The notes: generated by a model not told the origin, from the letters alone. A stretch of DNA of 64,000 bases from Gammaproteobacteria bacterium (GCA_965243395.1 CBDEUS010000002.1:384001-448000); one strand, 5' to 3'. Counted from the first letter of the stretch, positions 45,325 through 57,324 are shown. A program made the numbers and translations.

Positions 45325-46698
45325 CTATTTTTGTTCAACAAACCCTAAATTTTCTTCCAAATTATGTCTATACCACAGATATATGGATAACAATATAGCA
45401 GGCACACCGAGTAAAGCGGCATAAATAAAAAAGTCTATATAGCCATATGCATCAACTACTTTACCCGAAAATCCGCCTATTAATTTAGGGAAAAACACCA
45501 TCAGAGAACTGAACAACGCATATTGTGTGGCAGTGTAAGCCCGGTTGGTTAAGCCAGATAAATAGGCGATAAAACTAGTACCAGCTATACCTCCGCTTAA
45601 ATTATCTGCGCTGATAACCATGATTAATGGAATTATTTTGGGCTCTTGTGTGGCCAACCACGCAAACACTAAATTAGTTAGCGCTACTAATAATGCTGAA
45701 ATTATTAACATGCGCATTACCCCATAACGCATTACAAGCACACCACCCAGCAGCGCACCAAAAATCGTTACAAACAAACCAAAAGTTTTTGATGCCCACG
45801 CTATTTGGTGCTCGGTGTACTGCATATCGGCATAAAACGGACCGGACATCACCCCCATGGCAATATCACTCATACGAAATACACTAATAAAAGTAAGAAT
45901 GATCAATGCAGCAACTAAGCTATTGCGTGTAAAAAAATCCACAAAAGGACAAACGACTGCTCCTAAGAACCATGCGAAAAGCCTACGAAGCGGGGCTGGT
46001 AAAATTCCGTCGCGCGCTAAAAAACCCACTACACGTTCTTCATTGCGCCAGGTATCTTGCGAAATGTGTTGTTCAGGTTCGGAAATGAGAAGCGTTGTGA
46101 AGACGCCTATCAACATTGCACAACCCATTACGGCATAAGCAATGTTCCAGCTATAGCTACCGGCAATGAAAAAGGCACCTGCGCCCGCCAATAACATACC
46201 TATGCGATAACCGAGTTGATAAGTTCCTGCCATGGCGCCTTGTTTGTTAACCGGAACTGATTCAATACGCCAAGCATCAATACTTATATCCTGAGTTGCA
46301 GAAGAAAATGCAACCAGTAAAGCAAACCACACTAAGAGTTGTAATTGAGAAGTGGGGTGGGTGTTAGCAATAGCTAATAAGCCAACAATCACGCCTATTT
46401 GTGCAAGCATCATCCAACTTCTGCGTTGTCCTAAAAAATTACCAAGCAAAGGTATTCTTAAACGATCAACTAATGGTGCCCACACAAACTTGAATCCATA
46501 TAACAACGCAACCCAAGAAATATAACCAATCGTTGTGCGATCAATACCTTCTTTGCGCAACCAATATGACAAAGTACCAAATACTAATAAGAGTGGAAGG
46601 CCGGCTGAAAAACCTAAAAAAAGCATGGCTAAAACTTTTTTTTCTTTGTAAACGCTTAGCGCTTCTAGCCAGGTAATATTTGTATTTTTAGTGTTCAA
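45325..46698 (-). CDS. ampG: AmpG muropeptide MFS permease
   Basis: LGFSAGLP; KFVWAPLVD; SATQDISIDAWRIE; TATQYAL. Confidence 0.95.
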   Translation of the reverse strand: MNTKNTNITWLEALSVYKEKKVLAMLFLGFSAGLPLLLVFGTLSYWLRKEGIDRTTIGYISWVALLYGFKFVWAPLVDRLRIPLLGNFLGQRRSWMMLAQIGVIVGLLAIANTHPTSQLQLLVWFALLVAFSSATQDISIDAWRIESVPVNKQGAMAGTYQLGYRIGMLLAGAGAFFIAGSYSWNIAYAVMGCAMLIGVFTTLLISEPEQHISQDTWRNEERVVGFLARDGILPAPLRRLFAWFLGAVVCPFVDFFTRNSLVAALIILTFISVFRMSDIAMGVMSGPFYADMQYTEHQIAWASKTFGLFVTIFGALLGGVLVMRYGVMRMLIISALLVALTNLVFAWLATQEPKIIPLIMVISADNLSGGIAGTSFIAYLSGLTNRAYTATQYALFSSLMVFFPKLIGGFSGKVVDAYGYIDFFIYAALLGVPAILLSIYLWYRHNLEENLGFVEQK

Positions 46699-47471
46699 AC
46701 TTTTAAATCATAGTCAATTAACAATGGAGCATGATCAGAAAAGCGTTCGGTTTTATAGATACTAGACTTTTTTGCGGTATTGTTTAGTTTTGGTGAAGCT
46801 ATGTGGTAATCAATACGCCACCCCACATTTTTTGCCCAGGCTTGTCCGCGATTAGACCACCATGTGTATTGATCTTCTTGTTGATTAAGTTCACGGAACA
46901 CATCGATATACCCGACTTCATCAAACAATGTATCCAACCATGCACGTTCTTCCGGCAGAAATCCGGAATTCTTCTGATTACCGCGCCAATTTTTTAAATC
47001 GATTTCTTTGTGGGCAATATTCCAATCTCCACATAGGATGTAATTCTTACGGCGGCGCTTTAGATTTTTCAAATGTTGCATGAAAGAATCCATGAAGCGA
47101 AATTTAGCTTGTTGGCGCTCTTCGCTAGAAGATCCTGAAGGAGCATATAATGAGACCACTGCAAGCTTATCGAATTGCAACTCTAAGTAACGACCCTCAT
47201 CATCAAATTCTCGATCGCCGTAACTACGAACGACTTTTTGAGGCGCATGTTTACTATACACTGCAACGCCGCTATAGCCTTTTTTAATTGCATCTACATA
47301 ATAGCAATGATAACCCTTAGGGAAATAAACCGGATCTTCTTCCAACTGGTGTATTTGGGCTTTGGTTTCCTGAACACATACTACGTCAGCTTTTTGTTTT
47401 TTTAACCAATCAAAAAACCCTTTACGCGCAGCCGCACGAATACCGTTAACATTAATCGTTATGATGCGCAT
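46695..47471 (-). CDS. Second exodeoxyribonuclease III/AP endonuclease paralog (at the locus occupied by crc in Pseudomonas)
   Basis: NVNGIRAA; QETK; GDWNIAH; WRIDY; FSDHAP; divergent from pyrE. Confidence 0.9.
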   Translation of the reverse strand: MRIITINVNGIRAAARKGFFDWLKKQKADVVCVQETKAQIHQLEEDPVYFPKGYHCYYVDAIKKGYSGVAVYSKHAPQKVVRSYGDREFDDEGRYLELQFDKLAVVSLYAPSGSSSEERQQAKFRFMDSFMQHLKNLKRRRKNYILCGDWNIAHKEIDLKNWRGNQKNSGFLPEERAWLDTLFDEVGYIDVFRELNQQEDQYTWWSNRGQAWAKNVGWRIDYHIASPKLNNTAKKSSIYKTERFSDHAPLLIDYDLKV

Positions 47472-47544
47472 AGATGAAAACTGATTGGTCCAATTGCAGC
47501 TGGTTTTAGTACACTAGCAAAGATCAAATAAGAAAAGTATCTAT

Positions 47545-48198
47545 ATGAAAAATAGTTCTAAATTTATTCAATTTGCCATCCAGCAAGGTGTTTTACAATT
47601 TGGCGAGTTCACTCTTAAATCTGGAAGGATAAGCCCTTACTTCTTTAATGCTGGCTTATTTAACGACGGTCAAGCATTGGATCAATTAAGTCAATTTTAC
47701 GCACAAGCCATCGTAGACTCAGAAATAAAATTCGATATGTTATTTGGTCCAGCTTATAAAGGCATTCCATTAGTGACTGCGGTTTCGATGACTTTAGCAC
47801 GAGAGCACGGACGAAGTTATCCTTATGCATTTAATCGCAAAGAGAAAAAAACTTATGGAGATGGTGGACAGATTGTAGGGGCCCCTCTAGCAGGTAGAGT
47901 TTTGATCATTGATGATGTGATTACTGCCGGTACCGCAATAAATGAAGCGACTGAGATCATTTCGAATCTAGATTCAAATGCGCAAGCTGTGGGTGTCATT
48001 ATTGCTTTTGATCGACAAGAAACGGGTCAGGACCATTCATTGTCGGCCGTACAGCAAGTGGAGCAGGATCTAAAGCTAAGCGTCGTAGCGGTGGCTCAAG
48101 TCAATGAACTTGTTGAATATGCAGAATCTAATCACTTATATGATGAGCATTTACCTGCATTGAAGAAATATCTGGATCAATACCAGATAAAACCATAA
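47545..48198 (+). CDS. pyrE: Orotate phosphoribosyltransferase
   Basis: LKSGRISPYFFN; GPAYKGI; IIDDVITAGT. Confidence 0.98.
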   Translation: MKNSSKFIQFAIQQGVLQFGEFTLKSGRISPYFFNAGLFNDGQALDQLSQFYAQAIVDSEIKFDMLFGPAYKGIPLVTAVSMTLAREHGRSYPYAFNRKEKKTYGDGGQIVGAPLAGRVLIIDDVITAGTAINEATEIISNLDSNAQAVGVIIAFDRQETGQDHSLSAVQQVEQDLKLSVVAVAQVNELVEYAESNHLYDEHLPALKKYLDQYQIKP

Positions 48199-48381
48199 AA
48201 ATACTAAGGTTATAGTTATGATCAAATCCCTATACTTTAAGCCAAATTTTTATGACGAGTGAGCAAAGTTTAGCGATCAAACTAGTGTTTGTCGCTCAAC
48301 CTAAAATACAAATAATAGTAAAATTTCCAGTAATGAAGCATTAACCAGGTTGGTTTAATCAAAAATATACTCAAAGTTTAT

Positions 48382-49014
48382 ATGCGACAAACTAAGAAAT
48401 TCATAGCTTTATTATTTTTCTCAATTCTAATGACGGCTGGTGTCGCAAATGCCGAGTTTTATCGCTGGGTAGATGATGAAGGCACAATTCATTACAGCGA
48501 TAAGCTCCCTCCAAGTAAATCACAACGCGCACAGGATGTGCTCAATGATCATGGACGAGTAGTAAAAAATATACCGGCCCCAAAAACCGTGGGTGAAATA
48601 GAAGCAGAGCAACGTCTTGCAAAACAAGAGGAAGAGAAGCGTAAAAAAGTTGAAGAGGCGGAACGTCGAGACCAAGTACTCATGGCAATGTACTTATCGG
48701 TTGAGGATATTGAATTAGTACGCGATGAAAGAATTGAAACTGTAGATTCTGCAATTCGAATTACAAATTTACGTAAAGAAAAATTTAACAAAAAGCTAAC
48801 TGATTTAGATGTCTCTGAACAGCGTTTCAAGGCAAATGGACAAGATGCACCACCATGGTTAATTAAAAGCCGAAAGCATTATCAAGAACAGCTTGCTAAT
48901 GTTGAAGATATCCTAGCCATTAAAGAAAAAGAAAAACTAAAAATTAAAAAACGTTTTGCAGGCGATATAAATCGTTATATCGAGTTAAAAGATCCAGAGT
49001 TAGCTGCTCAGTAA
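48382..49014 (+). CDS. DUF4124 exported coiled-coil protein
   Basis: [18 protein letters not shown]. Confidence 0.85.
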   Translation: MRQTKKFIALLFFSILMTAGVANAEFYRWVDDEGTIHYSDKLPPSKSQRAQDVLNDHGRVVKNIPAPKTVGEIEAEQRLAKQEEEKRKKVEEAERRDQVLMAMYLSVEDIELVRDERIETVDSAIRITNLRKEKFNKKLTDLDVSEQRFKANGQDAPPWLIKSRKHYQEQLANVEDILAIKEKEKLKIKKRFAGDINRYIELKDPELAAQ

Positions 49015-49860
49015 AGTCCCTACACCACGGTCTGTAAGTAATTCCAATAAGACGGCATGTTGTACACGTCCGTCAATAATATGCGCAGTGTTGACCCCAG
49101 AGGAAATTGCATCCCATGCACATCTTACTTTAGGTAACATTCCGCCCTTGATAATATTCCCAGCAATTAATTCTTGTATTTCTTCATAATTAAGCCCGGT
49201 TAAAAGCTCACCATTTTTTTGAACACCAGGAGTATTGGTAAGCAAGATTAATTTCTCTGCTTTGAGTTCCATGGCAATATTGCCCGCCACGATGTCAGCA
49301 TTAATATTCAATGATTCGTTATTTTCTCCCAAGCCAATGGGTGCGATAACAGGTATTAATTGGTGATAATGTAGCTGCGTTATTGCACTAGTATTGACAT
49401 TTTTTATTTCACCCACATGACCTAAATCTGCTGATGTGTTTTTAAGCTTCATACGCCTAGCTTGTATTAATCCATCTGCTTTACCTGTAATTCCTTTTGC
49501 TCTACCACCATGTTGACTAATAAGTTCTACAATTTCCTTGTTTACAACTCCATATAAAACATCTTCAACAATGCGCATGGTCTCATCGTCAGTCACGCGC
49601 ATGCCTTCGATAAACTCACTTGGTTTGCCATGATTTTCCAAGGTCTGGCCTATCTGTGGCCCACCACCATGTACAATGATAGGGAACATGCCTACTTGTT
49701 TGAGGAGCACCATGTCGCGTGCAAAACTACTTTTTAATTCTTCATCCACCATAGCGTTGCCGCCATATTTAATGACGATAGTTTTACCAGAGAATCTTTG
49801 TATATAAGGCAGGGCCTCTGTTAACACTCTTGCAATAGTTTCAGCGGTACTTTGCTGCAT
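49000..49860 (-). CDS. argB: Acetylglutamate kinase
   Basis: IKYGGNAM; VHGGGPQI; NINAD; GGMLPK. Confidence 0.97.
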   Translation of the reverse strand: MQQSTAETIARVLTEALPYIQRFSGKTIVIKYGGNAMVDEELKSSFARDMVLLKQVGMFPIIVHGGGPQIGQTLENHGKPSEFIEGMRVTDDETMRIVEDVLYGVVNKEIVELISQHGGRAKGITGKADGLIQARRMKLKNTSADLGHVGEIKNVNTSAITQLHYHQLIPVIAPIGLGENNESLNINADIVAGNIAMELKAEKLILLTNTPGVQKNGELLTGLNYEEIQELIAGNIIKGGMLPKVRCAWDAISSGVNTAHIIDGRVQHAVLLELLTDRGVGTLLSS

Positions 49861-49887
49861 GAGGAATAACTGCGTAAGAAAAATTAA

Positions 49888-51258
49888 TTAAAATGGCAAT
49901 TGAAGACTAGAGTCTATATTAGTCATTTGTGCACGAAAGTCATTTTTAATGTTTTCTATAATATTTTCATCATCGGCTTCAAAACGAATTACCAAAGAAG
50001 GTGTTGTATTAGAAGCGCGCACCAGACCCCAACCATTTTTATAATCAGCACGAATTCCATCTATAGTGGTAATTTTTGCATCTGGTAAGTCGACAGAGTT
50101 TGCAAATTTTTTCATGAAACTGTGTTGAGCACCGTCTTTATCAAAATTTATATTGATTTCTGGTGTACTTAATGAATTCGGTAAAGTAGCAAATAACTCA
50201 CTACTGGATAAATCTTGGTTAGAAATAATTTCTAAAAGACGTGCGGCACTATAAAGCGCATCATCAAAACCATACCACCTTTCTTTAAAGAAGATATGGC
50301 CACTCATTTCACCTGCCAATTCAGCGCCTGTTTCATGCATTTTGTTTTTAATAAAAGAATGTCCGGTTTTCCACATAATAGCCTCTCCACCGGCTTCCTC
50401 AATTACAGTGGCTAAGTTGCGCGATGATTTCACATCAAAAATAATTTTTGCCCCGGGCTTTCTCGATAACACATCGCGAGCGTAAAGCATCATTTGCCGG
50501 TCTGCCCACAATACTTCTCCTTTATTGTCAATGACTCCAACACGATCTCCATCACCGTCAAAGGCCAAGCCAAGATCTAAATTATTTTCCATAACGCAGC
50601 TTATTAAATCTTCTAAGTTTTTGGGGTCACTGGGATTAGGGTGATGGTTCGGAAAGCTTCCATCTACATCACAATATAGATCATAAATTTCACAACCCAA
50701 ACTTTTAAATAAAGTCAAAGCAGACGGCCCTGCAACACCATTGCCGCAATCAATACCAATTCGCAGAGTTCGAGAAAGTTTAATGTCTTCACAAATTGTT
50801 GTGATGTAATCTTCTAATAGCTGATGTTTTTCAATTGAACCTGCATCATGTTTCAATTGCTTAGCAATAATGCATTGGTAAATTGCCTGGATATCGTCAC
50901 CGTGCAGGGTTTTGTTATCCATTACCATCTTAAGTCCGTTATATTCCGGCGGGTTATGGCTGCCAGTAACCATCACACCTGCGCCTGTATTGAGTTTATG
51001 CGTGGCATAGTACAAAACAGGTGTAGGTACTTCGCCAATATCAATTACTTTGCAACCGCTGGTTTGCAAGCCCTGGCTTAAATGCTGCGCTAATAGCGGG
51101 CTTGAATCTCGACCATCTCTACCAACAACTACAGTTCTACTATTTGGATATAAACTGCCCAGGGCATGACCTACTAACTCGGCTACTTCTGGAGTTAGAG
51201 CAGTTTCTACTACGCCGCGAATGTCGTAGGCACGGAATATATTTGCGTCTATGTTCAT
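49888..51258 (-). CDS. algC: Phosphomannomutase/phosphoglucomutase
   Basis: FRAYDIRG; TGSHNP; FDGDGDR; GEMSGH. Confidence 0.95.
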   Translation of the reverse strand: MNIDANIFRAYDIRGVVETALTPEVAELVGHALGSLYPNSRTVVVGRDGRDSSPLLAQHLSQGLQTSGCKVIDIGEVPTPVLYYATHKLNTGAGVMVTGSHNPPEYNGLKMVMDNKTLHGDDIQAIYQCIIAKQLKHDAGSIEKHQLLEDYITTICEDIKLSRTLRIGIDCGNGVAGPSALTLFKSLGCEIYDLYCDVDGSFPNHHPNPSDPKNLEDLISCVMENNLDLGLAFDGDGDRVGVIDNKGEVLWADRQMMLYARDVLSRKPGAKIIFDVKSSRNLATVIEEAGGEAIMWKTGHSFIKNKMHETGAELAGEMSGHIFFKERWYGFDDALYSAARLLEIISNQDLSSSELFATLPNSLSTPEININFDKDGAQHSFMKKFANSVDLPDAKITTIDGIRADYKNGWGLVRASNTTPSLVIRFEADDENIIENIKNDFRAQMTNIDSSLQLPF

Positions 51259-51302
51259 TGAAATTTATAGGAAAGTGGTTAATGGTTTTAGGATAACAAT
51301 TA

Positions 51303-51776
51303 TCAACCAGTACCAGTGTGACCAAAGCCTCCTTCACCTCGATCCGATGCAGTGAATTCTTCTACAATTTCAAATTCCGTTTGCACAATGGGTACGATTA
51401 CAAGCTGTGCAATCCGGTCACCAACATTGACTTCAAAATTTTCTGATCCGCGATTCCATAACGAAACCATTAACGGGCCTTGATAATCTGAATCAATCAA
51501 TCCGACAAGATTACCCAGCACGATACCGTGTTTATGCCCTAAACCCGAGCGCGGCAAAATGGTCGCTGCAAGTCCAGGGTCTTCAATATAAATAGAAATT
51601 CCAGTAGGGATTAAAAGCGTTTCACCAGGTTTAATTTGTACAGTTGTATCAATACAGGCACGCAGGTCCATACCTGCTGACCCCGCAGTTGCATATGTGG
51701 GTAAGGGAATTTCTTTGCCGATACGGCTATCGAGTATTTTGATTTCGGTCTTTTGCGTTTTTAAGGATTGTGACAT
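51303..51776 (-). CDS. dut: dUTPase
   Basis: GSAGMDL; PRSGLG; IDSDYQG; [10 protein letters not shown]; start uncertain. Confidence 0.96.
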   Translation of the reverse strand: MSQSLKTQKTEIKILDSRIGKEIPLPTYATAGSAGMDLRACIDTTVQIKPGETLLIPTGISIYIEDPGLAATILPRSGLGHKHGIVLGNLVGLIDSDYQGPLMVSLWNRGSENFEVNVGDRIAQLVIVPIVQTEFEIVEEFTASDRGEGGFGHTGTG

Positions 51777-52986
51777 TGCTTCTTTTATGTGTGTTTGCGT
51801 AACGTTGTGCAATTAAGCTGATGAGCCTCCTTGCGATCTTTGTTTTTGTATCACGCTCTAATGAGCAATGTCCACCGGGCCAGTACACTTCTAACGCATT
51901 TTCTTCATTATCAAAGCCAATTTCGTTTTCTGAAACATCGTTTCCTGCAATCATATTCAATCGCTTTCGTTCTAATTTTTGTAAAGCAAATTTTTCGAGC
52001 TCACGAGTTTCTGCAGCAAAGCCAACAACAAAAGGTTTATTTGATTGTTTTGCCACTTCGGTAATGATATCTGGGTTGCGTACTAGCGCTACTGATAAGT
52101 CATCATGTAATTTTTTAATTTTATCAGGTTGCTTCGCTACAGGCCGATAATCAGCTACAGCAGCGCAGCTGATAAAAATTTGTTGAGTTTTTATATTTGC
52201 TTGTACCGCATCAAACATATCTTGTGCTGTTTTAACCGATACGAATTCAATTCCTTCAGGTTGTGCTAGGACTACCGGACCGGAGATTAAATGCACAGTC
52301 GCTCCTGCATCATAAGCAGCTTCAGCGATGGCGTAACCCATACGCCCGGAGCTACGATTACTAATGTAACGCACGGGATCAATGGGTTCCTGAGTAGGGC
52401 CCGCAGTCACCATAACATTTACATCTGTGAGTTCCCCAGTATTAAATAAATTACTTAATGAAAGTAACAACTGATGCGGTTCAAACATTCGACCTTCGCC
52501 ATTATCACCACAAGCTTGCTGTCCTGTAGCGGGACCAAAAAATAAAAAGCCACGCTTTTCAAGTATGTCCACGTTATCCTGTGTAGCACTATTCGACCAC
52601 ATGGCTTGATTCATCGCTGGCGCCAGGGCGATAGGCGCTTGGGATGCCAAACAAGTTGTACTGAGCAAGTCATCAGCACCACCATGGGTGAGCTTAGCTA
52701 TTGTGTTGGCACTGGCAGGGGCAATTAAAATTGCGTCTGCCCAGCGAGCCAATGCAATATGATCCATACCATTATTGGCTTCTGTTTGTTCAAATTCGTC
52801 CGATAGTACAGTGTTATCAGATAATGCTTGGAAAGTTAGTGGAGTGACGAACTTTTTAGCCGAATGAGTCATCACAACACGTACTTTGGCATGTGCACGC
52901 ACTAATTCGCGTACTAATTCCGCACTCTTATATGCAGCGATCCCGCCGCTAACTCCAAGTAAAATATTTTTATTTGCTAATGACAT
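51727..52986 (-). CDS. coaBC: Phosphopantothenoylcysteine decarboxylase/synthetase
   Basis: GGIAAYK; PAMN..MW; TAGPT.E.IDPVR. Confidence 0.97.
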   Translation of the reverse strand: MSLANKNILLGVSGGIAAYKSAELVRELVRAHAKVRVVMTHSAKKFVTPLTFQALSDNTVLSDEFEQTEANNGMDHIALARWADAILIAPASANTIAKLTHGGADDLLSTTCLASQAPIALAPAMNQAMWSNSATQDNVDILEKRGFLFFGPATGQQACGDNGEGRMFEPHQLLLSLSNLFNTGELTDVNVMVTAGPTQEPIDPVRYISNRSSGRMGYAIAEAAYDAGATVHLISGPVVLAQPEGIEFVSVKTAQDMFDAVQANIKTQQIFISCAAVADYRPVAKQPDKIKKLHDDLSVALVRNPDIITEVAKQSNKPFVVGFAAETRELEKFALQKLERKRLNMIAGNDVSENEIGFDNEENALEVYWPGGHCSLERDTKTKIARRLISLIAQRYANTHKRSNVTILKNAKDRNQNTR

Positions 52987-53122
52987 AGTAATTAGTCTAT
53001 CAAAGATAGCTAAGATAATGGTTTAATTCTAACTACATTCTACCAAGCGCTTAGGCCCATTGGTCTAAATCTTTTAATAAATATCAAGGACTTATAAAAA
53101 GCCAATTACAGGGGGGACTAAA

Positions 53123-53794
53123 ATGGCAATTTCTGATTGGCCTGAGGGGGAAAGGCCACGCGAACGTTTATTACGACACGGCGCAAAAGCACTTTCGGAT
53201 GCGGAACTGTTAGCGATTTTTTTGCGCACAGGCGTTAGAGGAAAATCAGCGGTCGATTTAGCCCGTGATCTTCTAAATGAATTTAAGGGCTTAAGGAGAT
53301 TACTGTGCGCAGATCAAAAAAGATTCTGTGACGCTAAGGGTTTAGGTCAGGCGAAATTTGTGCAATTACAAGCAAGCCTTGAAATATCACGCAGGTTTTT
53401 ACTCGAATCCATCGAAAAAGAAGGTCCTTTGTCTAACCCTAATGATGCTAAACAGTTTTTATTAATGAAAATGCGTGATTATGAAAAAGAAGTGTTCGCT
53501 TGTTTATTTTTAGATACAAAAAATCGTGTAATTGCATTTGAAAATTTATTTGTAGGAAGTCTACACAGCGCAGAAGTGCATCCAAGAGAGGTAGTTAAGC
53601 AAGCTGTTCAACATAATGCACATGCAATTATTCTTGCTCATAATCATCCATCGGGAGACGCAACACCAAGCCAATCAGATATTGATATCACACATACACT
53701 TTGTGACGCTCTTGCATTGATAGAAATAAAAGTGCTGGATCATTTAATTATAGGCAACGAAGTAACGTCCCTTGCGGAACTTGGCTATCTCTGA
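53123..53794 (+). CDS. radC: RadC/JAB domain protein
   Basis: ERPRERL; VHPREV; AHNHPSG..PSQSD; LDH. Confidence 0.96.
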   Translation: MAISDWPEGERPRERLLRHGAKALSDAELLAIFLRTGVRGKSAVDLARDLLNEFKGLRRLLCADQKRFCDAKGLGQAKFVQLQASLEISRRFLLESIEKEGPLSNPNDAKQFLLMKMRDYEKEVFACLFLDTKNRVIAFENLFVGSLHSAEVHPREVVKQAVQHNAHAIILAHNHPSGDATPSQSDIDITHTLCDALALIEIKVLDHLIIGNEVTSLAELGYL

Positions 53795-53807
53795 ATAATT
53801 AAGGTAT

Positions 53808-53842
53808 AAAAAAACCCGCACAAACACTGTGCGGGTTTTTAT
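53808..53842. terminator. Bidirectional intrinsic terminator (radC/mscL)
   Basis: AAAAACCCGCACA-AACAC-TGTGCGGGTTTTT. Confidence 0.9.
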
Positions 53843-53859
53843 AAAGACTTAAATAAAAT

Positions 53860-54240
53860 TTATTTTTTTAGACTATCGCGTATTTCACGTAGCAAAACCA
53901 CATCTTCAGGTGGAGCAGCGGGTTTTTCTTCTTCTTTTTTCTTCATGCTATTCATTGCTTTGATGATTAAGAAAATTACAAAAGAAATAATTAAGAAATT
54001 AATCAATGCCTGAATAAAAGCACCATAACCAAAAATTGCAGCTGCTTCTCCTTCGCCAAGAGGAATGCCCAGGCCAGAGAAATCTACACCGCCTGTAAAT
54101 AAACCGATTATTGGCATAAGTATGTCGTCAACGAGAGAACCAACCACTGCAGAAATCGCGGCACCAATGATGATACCGGTAGCCATATCCATCATGTTGC
54201 CCTTCATGACGAATTCTTTAAATTCACTTACCATTCCCAT
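53860..54240 (-). CDS. mscL: Large-conductance mechanosensitive channel
   Basis: [19 protein letters not shown]; GGAGG RBS before ATG 54240. Confidence 0.96.
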   Translation of the reverse strand: MGMVSEFKEFVMKGNMMDMATGIIIGAAISAVVGSLVDDILMPIIGLFTGGVDFSGLGIPLGEGEAAAIFGYGAFIQALINFLIISFVIFLIIKAMNSMKKKEEEKPAAPPEDVVLLREIRDSLKK

Positions 54241-54342
54241 GAGTTTCCTCCCAATATTATTATCATTATTTGAGCGGTAAGAACTGTAATCATCAATACT
54301 TGAAAAAGCAAGCAAAGTCCTAAGTACACTATCTTCTTGATT

Positions 54343-55497
54343 TTATTGAGATAACTTTGATAATGCCTGCTCTAAGGCAAGAGTTAATTGATCAATATGT
54401 TCCTTAGTATGTAATGTACAAAGACTGACTCGTAGGCGAGCGGTGTCTTGTGGAACGGTGGGAGGGCGAATAGCGGGCACCAAAATTCCCGACTTTAAAA
54501 GTTCGTCACTTACTTTTAGTGTGTCTTCACTGTTACCAATAATAATGGGTTGAATAGGTGTGTTGGAACTAGAATGAGTAATATTTTTTTGCGTACAAGA
54601 TTCACGAAAATATTCAATTAACTCTTGTAAGTTTTCTCTGCGCCAACTTTCAGTTTTGATTAATTGCAAACTGGCCCGAGTAGCTTCTGCTATGGCGGGC
54701 GGTAGCGCAGTAGTATAGATATAGCTATGTGCCTGCTGTATTAGCCATTCAATAATTTCTTGTTTAGCTGCGACGAAGGCACCAAATGTTCCAAATGCTT
54801 TACCTAGTGTACCAACCAGAATGGTGTCGTTAAGAAGTATATCTTCAGCGCTCCCTTTGCCGTATTTTCCTAGTACCCCAATACCATGCGCATCATCGAT
54901 TATCAGGGTTGCGTGATACTTCTTTGCGATTGACTGTAGTTCACTTATGGGTGCAACAGTCCCATCCATACTAAATACACCGTCAGTTAAAAGTAATTTA
55001 CTATCAACATCATTATTTACGATTATCTCTTCAAGCTGATGTGTATTTAAGTGTTCATAGCGGTTTAGTTTTGCACGTGACTGGATAGCCGCGTCATTTA
55101 GTGAGGCATGATTTAGTTTATCTGCGAAGATAGCACTGTTACGCGATCCGAGTGTGCTAACCACCCCTAAGTTCGCCATATACCCAGTAGAAAACAATAA
55201 TACTTTTTCACAACTGAGAAATCCTGCTAACTCTTCTTCCAACTTTGTATGACATGCATGATGACCAGTTATTAAATGTGAGGCCCCCGCGCCCACGCCG
55301 TATTTCGTGGTTGCCTGAATGATACTTTCTACAAGCTTTGGGTGATTTGCTAAACCCAGATAGTCGTTACTGCAAAAAGATAAAACTTTTTGTCCATTAA
55401 TAACGGGCTCAATTTGTTGAGCAGACGAAATCACTCTTCGTGAGCGAAATAGATTTTTTTCGACCAGCTTATCTAGCTCAGTTGCTAGATTTTTCAT
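54343..55497 (-). CDS. bioF: 8-amino-7-oxononanoate synthase
   Basis: FCSNDYLGL; NHASL; DDAHG; TLGKAFG; IRPPTVP. Confidence 0.96.
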   Translation of the reverse strand: MKNLATELDKLVEKNLFRSRRVISSAQQIEPVINGQKVLSFCSNDYLGLANHPKLVESIIQATTKYGVGAGASHLITGHHACHTKLEEELAGFLSCEKVLLFSTGYMANLGVVSTLGSRNSAIFADKLNHASLNDAAIQSRAKLNRYEHLNTHQLEEIIVNNDVDSKLLLTDGVFSMDGTVAPISELQSIAKKYHATLIIDDAHGIGVLGKYGKGSAEDILLNDTILVGTLGKAFGTFGAFVAAKQEIIEWLIQQAHSYIYTTALPPAIAEATRASLQLIKTESWRRENLQELIEYFRESCTQKNITHSSSNTPIQPIIIGNSEDTLKVSDELLKSGILVPAIRPPTVPQDTARLRVSLCTLHTKEHIDQLTLALEQALSKLSQ

Positions 55498-55503
55498 CTT
55501 AAT

Positions 55504-56493
55504 TTAATTTATGGTTGCGGTTTCTTGAGTCGGAGAATTTATTTGGTCAGCTTCAATACCAAGTTTGTTAAATAAATCCTGATCTTTTATCGTGGCAGGA
55601 TTTTTCGCGGTCAACAAAGTTTCACCATAAAATATAGAGTTTGCCCCGGCAAAAAAACATAATGCTTGTGTCTGTTCATTCATATCTTCACGCCCTGCTG
55701 ATAAGCGTACATAGGTATTCGGCATGAGAATGCGCGCAATAGCAATGGTGCGGATAAATTCAAATGGGTCAAGTTTTTCAAGTCCATGCAATGGCGTACC
55801 TTTAATTTGTATTAGCATGTTGATGGGAACAGATTCAGGGTGCTTTGGTAAGTTAGCCAGCTGTAGCAATAGTCCCGCACGGTCTTCTCTAGTTTCCCCC
55901 ATACCCAAGATACCCCCACTGCAGACGTTAATTCCTGCATTACGTACATGTTCTAAAGTATCGAGTCGATCTTGATATGTACGTGTAGTAATTACATTGC
56001 CATAAAATTCAGGAGAGGTATCCAAGTTATGGTTGTAATAATCTAAACCCGCTTGTTTCAAGTGCTGTGCTTGCGTTGCGGTTAACATGCCAATAGTTAC
56101 ACAAGTTTCCAGCTTTAACTGCTTCACGAGTTTAATCATTTGTACTATTTGCTCTAAATTTTTATCGGAAGGATTTCGCCACGCAGCACCCATACAAAAT
56201 CTTGAAGCACCATTTTGTTTTGCAGCTTCGGCGTGTTCCCTGACTTCCTCTAATGCCAGCAGTCGTTCTTTTTCGACGTTAGTGTCATAGTGACCACTTT
56301 GTGGACAGTAAGCACAATCTTCCGAGCACGAACCAGTTTTTACGGAGAGCAAAGTACTGACTTGTACTTTATTTGGGTCATGATGTTCACGAAATATGCG
56401 ATGTGCTAAATATAGCAAATCATTAAATGGAAGCTGGTATAAGTCCAGGACCTCATGTTTTTTCCAGTTATTGCGGACGATGTCGGTAGGCAT
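55504..56493 (-). CDS. bioB: Biotin synthase
   Basis: CSEDCAYC; YNHNLDTS; start set to ATG 56493. Confidence 0.97.
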   Translation of the reverse strand: MPTDIVRNNWKKHEVLDLYQLPFNDLLYLAHRIFREHHDPNKVQVSTLLSVKTGSCSEDCAYCPQSGHYDTNVEKERLLALEEVREHAEAAKQNGASRFCMGAAWRNPSDKNLEQIVQMIKLVKQLKLETCVTIGMLTATQAQHLKQAGLDYYNHNLDTSPEFYGNVITTRTYQDRLDTLEHVRNAGINVCSGGILGMGETREDRAGLLLQLANLPKHPESVPINMLIQIKGTPLHGLEKLDPFEFIRTIAIARILMPNTYVRLSAGREDMNEQTQALCFFAGANSIFYGETLLTAKNPATIKDQDLFNKLGIEADQINSPTQETATIN

Positions 56494-56559
56494 ATATAAA
56501 TTGAATATAATAAAATAGTATTTAAAGAGCCAAACCAAGTCTAATCTTTTGCAGTGGGG

Positions 56560-56590
56560 TGTCAACAAGAGCATGACTTCTAAATTGACG
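56560..56590. promoter_or_regulatory. Candidate BirA operator
   Basis: TGTCAAC-N17-ATTGACG upstream of bioB; right arm degenerate. Confidence 0.45.
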
Positions 56591-57301
56591 TTTTTCCAGC
56601 TTATCCTGAAAAAAACAGCACAAATCATTTATCCAAATGTTTGTCTTCAGTGTGGTGCAGAGGGCGAAAATAGGATTGATCTTTGCCAACGTTGTTACCA
56701 AAGCTTGCCATGGATTAAATTTTATTGTCAAAAATGTGCGTTACCATTAACTAGTAGTGATGCAAAGATTTGTGGTGCATGTAATAAGAAAAATTATTAT
56801 TTTGACCAAACTGTAGCTCCTTTTCAGTTTGAAGGTTTTATTCGTGATGCTGTATATCAATTTAAATTTAAGCAAAAATTAAACCAAGGTAAACTCTTGG
56901 CGCGATTATTTATACGTTCTATTGAAAATAGAGAATACACTGTTCCAGATATTATTATTCCTGTTCCACTACATAAAAAGCGCTTGCGAAAACGCGGTTA
57001 TAACCAGGCTTTGGAGATTGCAAGAATTATAAGTAAAAAACTGAATTGCGATCTTTCTTATAAAGACATATACCGTAATCGAGATACAGGCGTGCAAATG
57101 GAACTGCCCGCTAAACAGCGCTATAAAAATGTAAAGAACGCTTTTTCTTTAACGAAAAGTTCAATAGATTTCAAAAATAAACATGTGTGCATAATTGATG
57201 ATGTAATGACTACAGGAAACACTGTAAACGAGGCGGCTAAATGTTTAAAAAAAGCTGGAGCAAAGAAAGTTGATGTGTGGTGTATAGCGCGTGTTGCTTA
57301 A
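56573..57301 (+). CDS. comF: ComF family protein
   Basis: Double zinc ribbon; PVPLH..RGYNQ; IDDVMTTG. Confidence 0.93.
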   Translation: MTSKLTFFQLILKKTAQIIYPNVCLQCGAEGENRIDLCQRCYQSLPWIKFYCQKCALPLTSSDAKICGACNKKNYYFDQTVAPFQFEGFIRDAVYQFKFKQKLNQGKLLARLFIRSIENREYTVPDIIIPVPLHKKRLRKRGYNQALEIARIISKKLNCDLSYKDIYRNRDTGVQMELPAKQRYKNVKNAFSLTKSSIDFKNKHVCIIDDVMTTGNTVNEAAKCLKKAGAKKVDVWCIARVA

Positions 57302-57324
57302 TGTCTGCCATCAACTAATAGTGG

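Noticed and set aside
46695-47471. Calling this gene crc
   Set aside because: Nuclease catalytic residues that are lost in Crc are retained here
53123-53794. radC as a marker of a mobile element
   Set aside because: Full-length chromosomal form in its standard position divergent from coaBC
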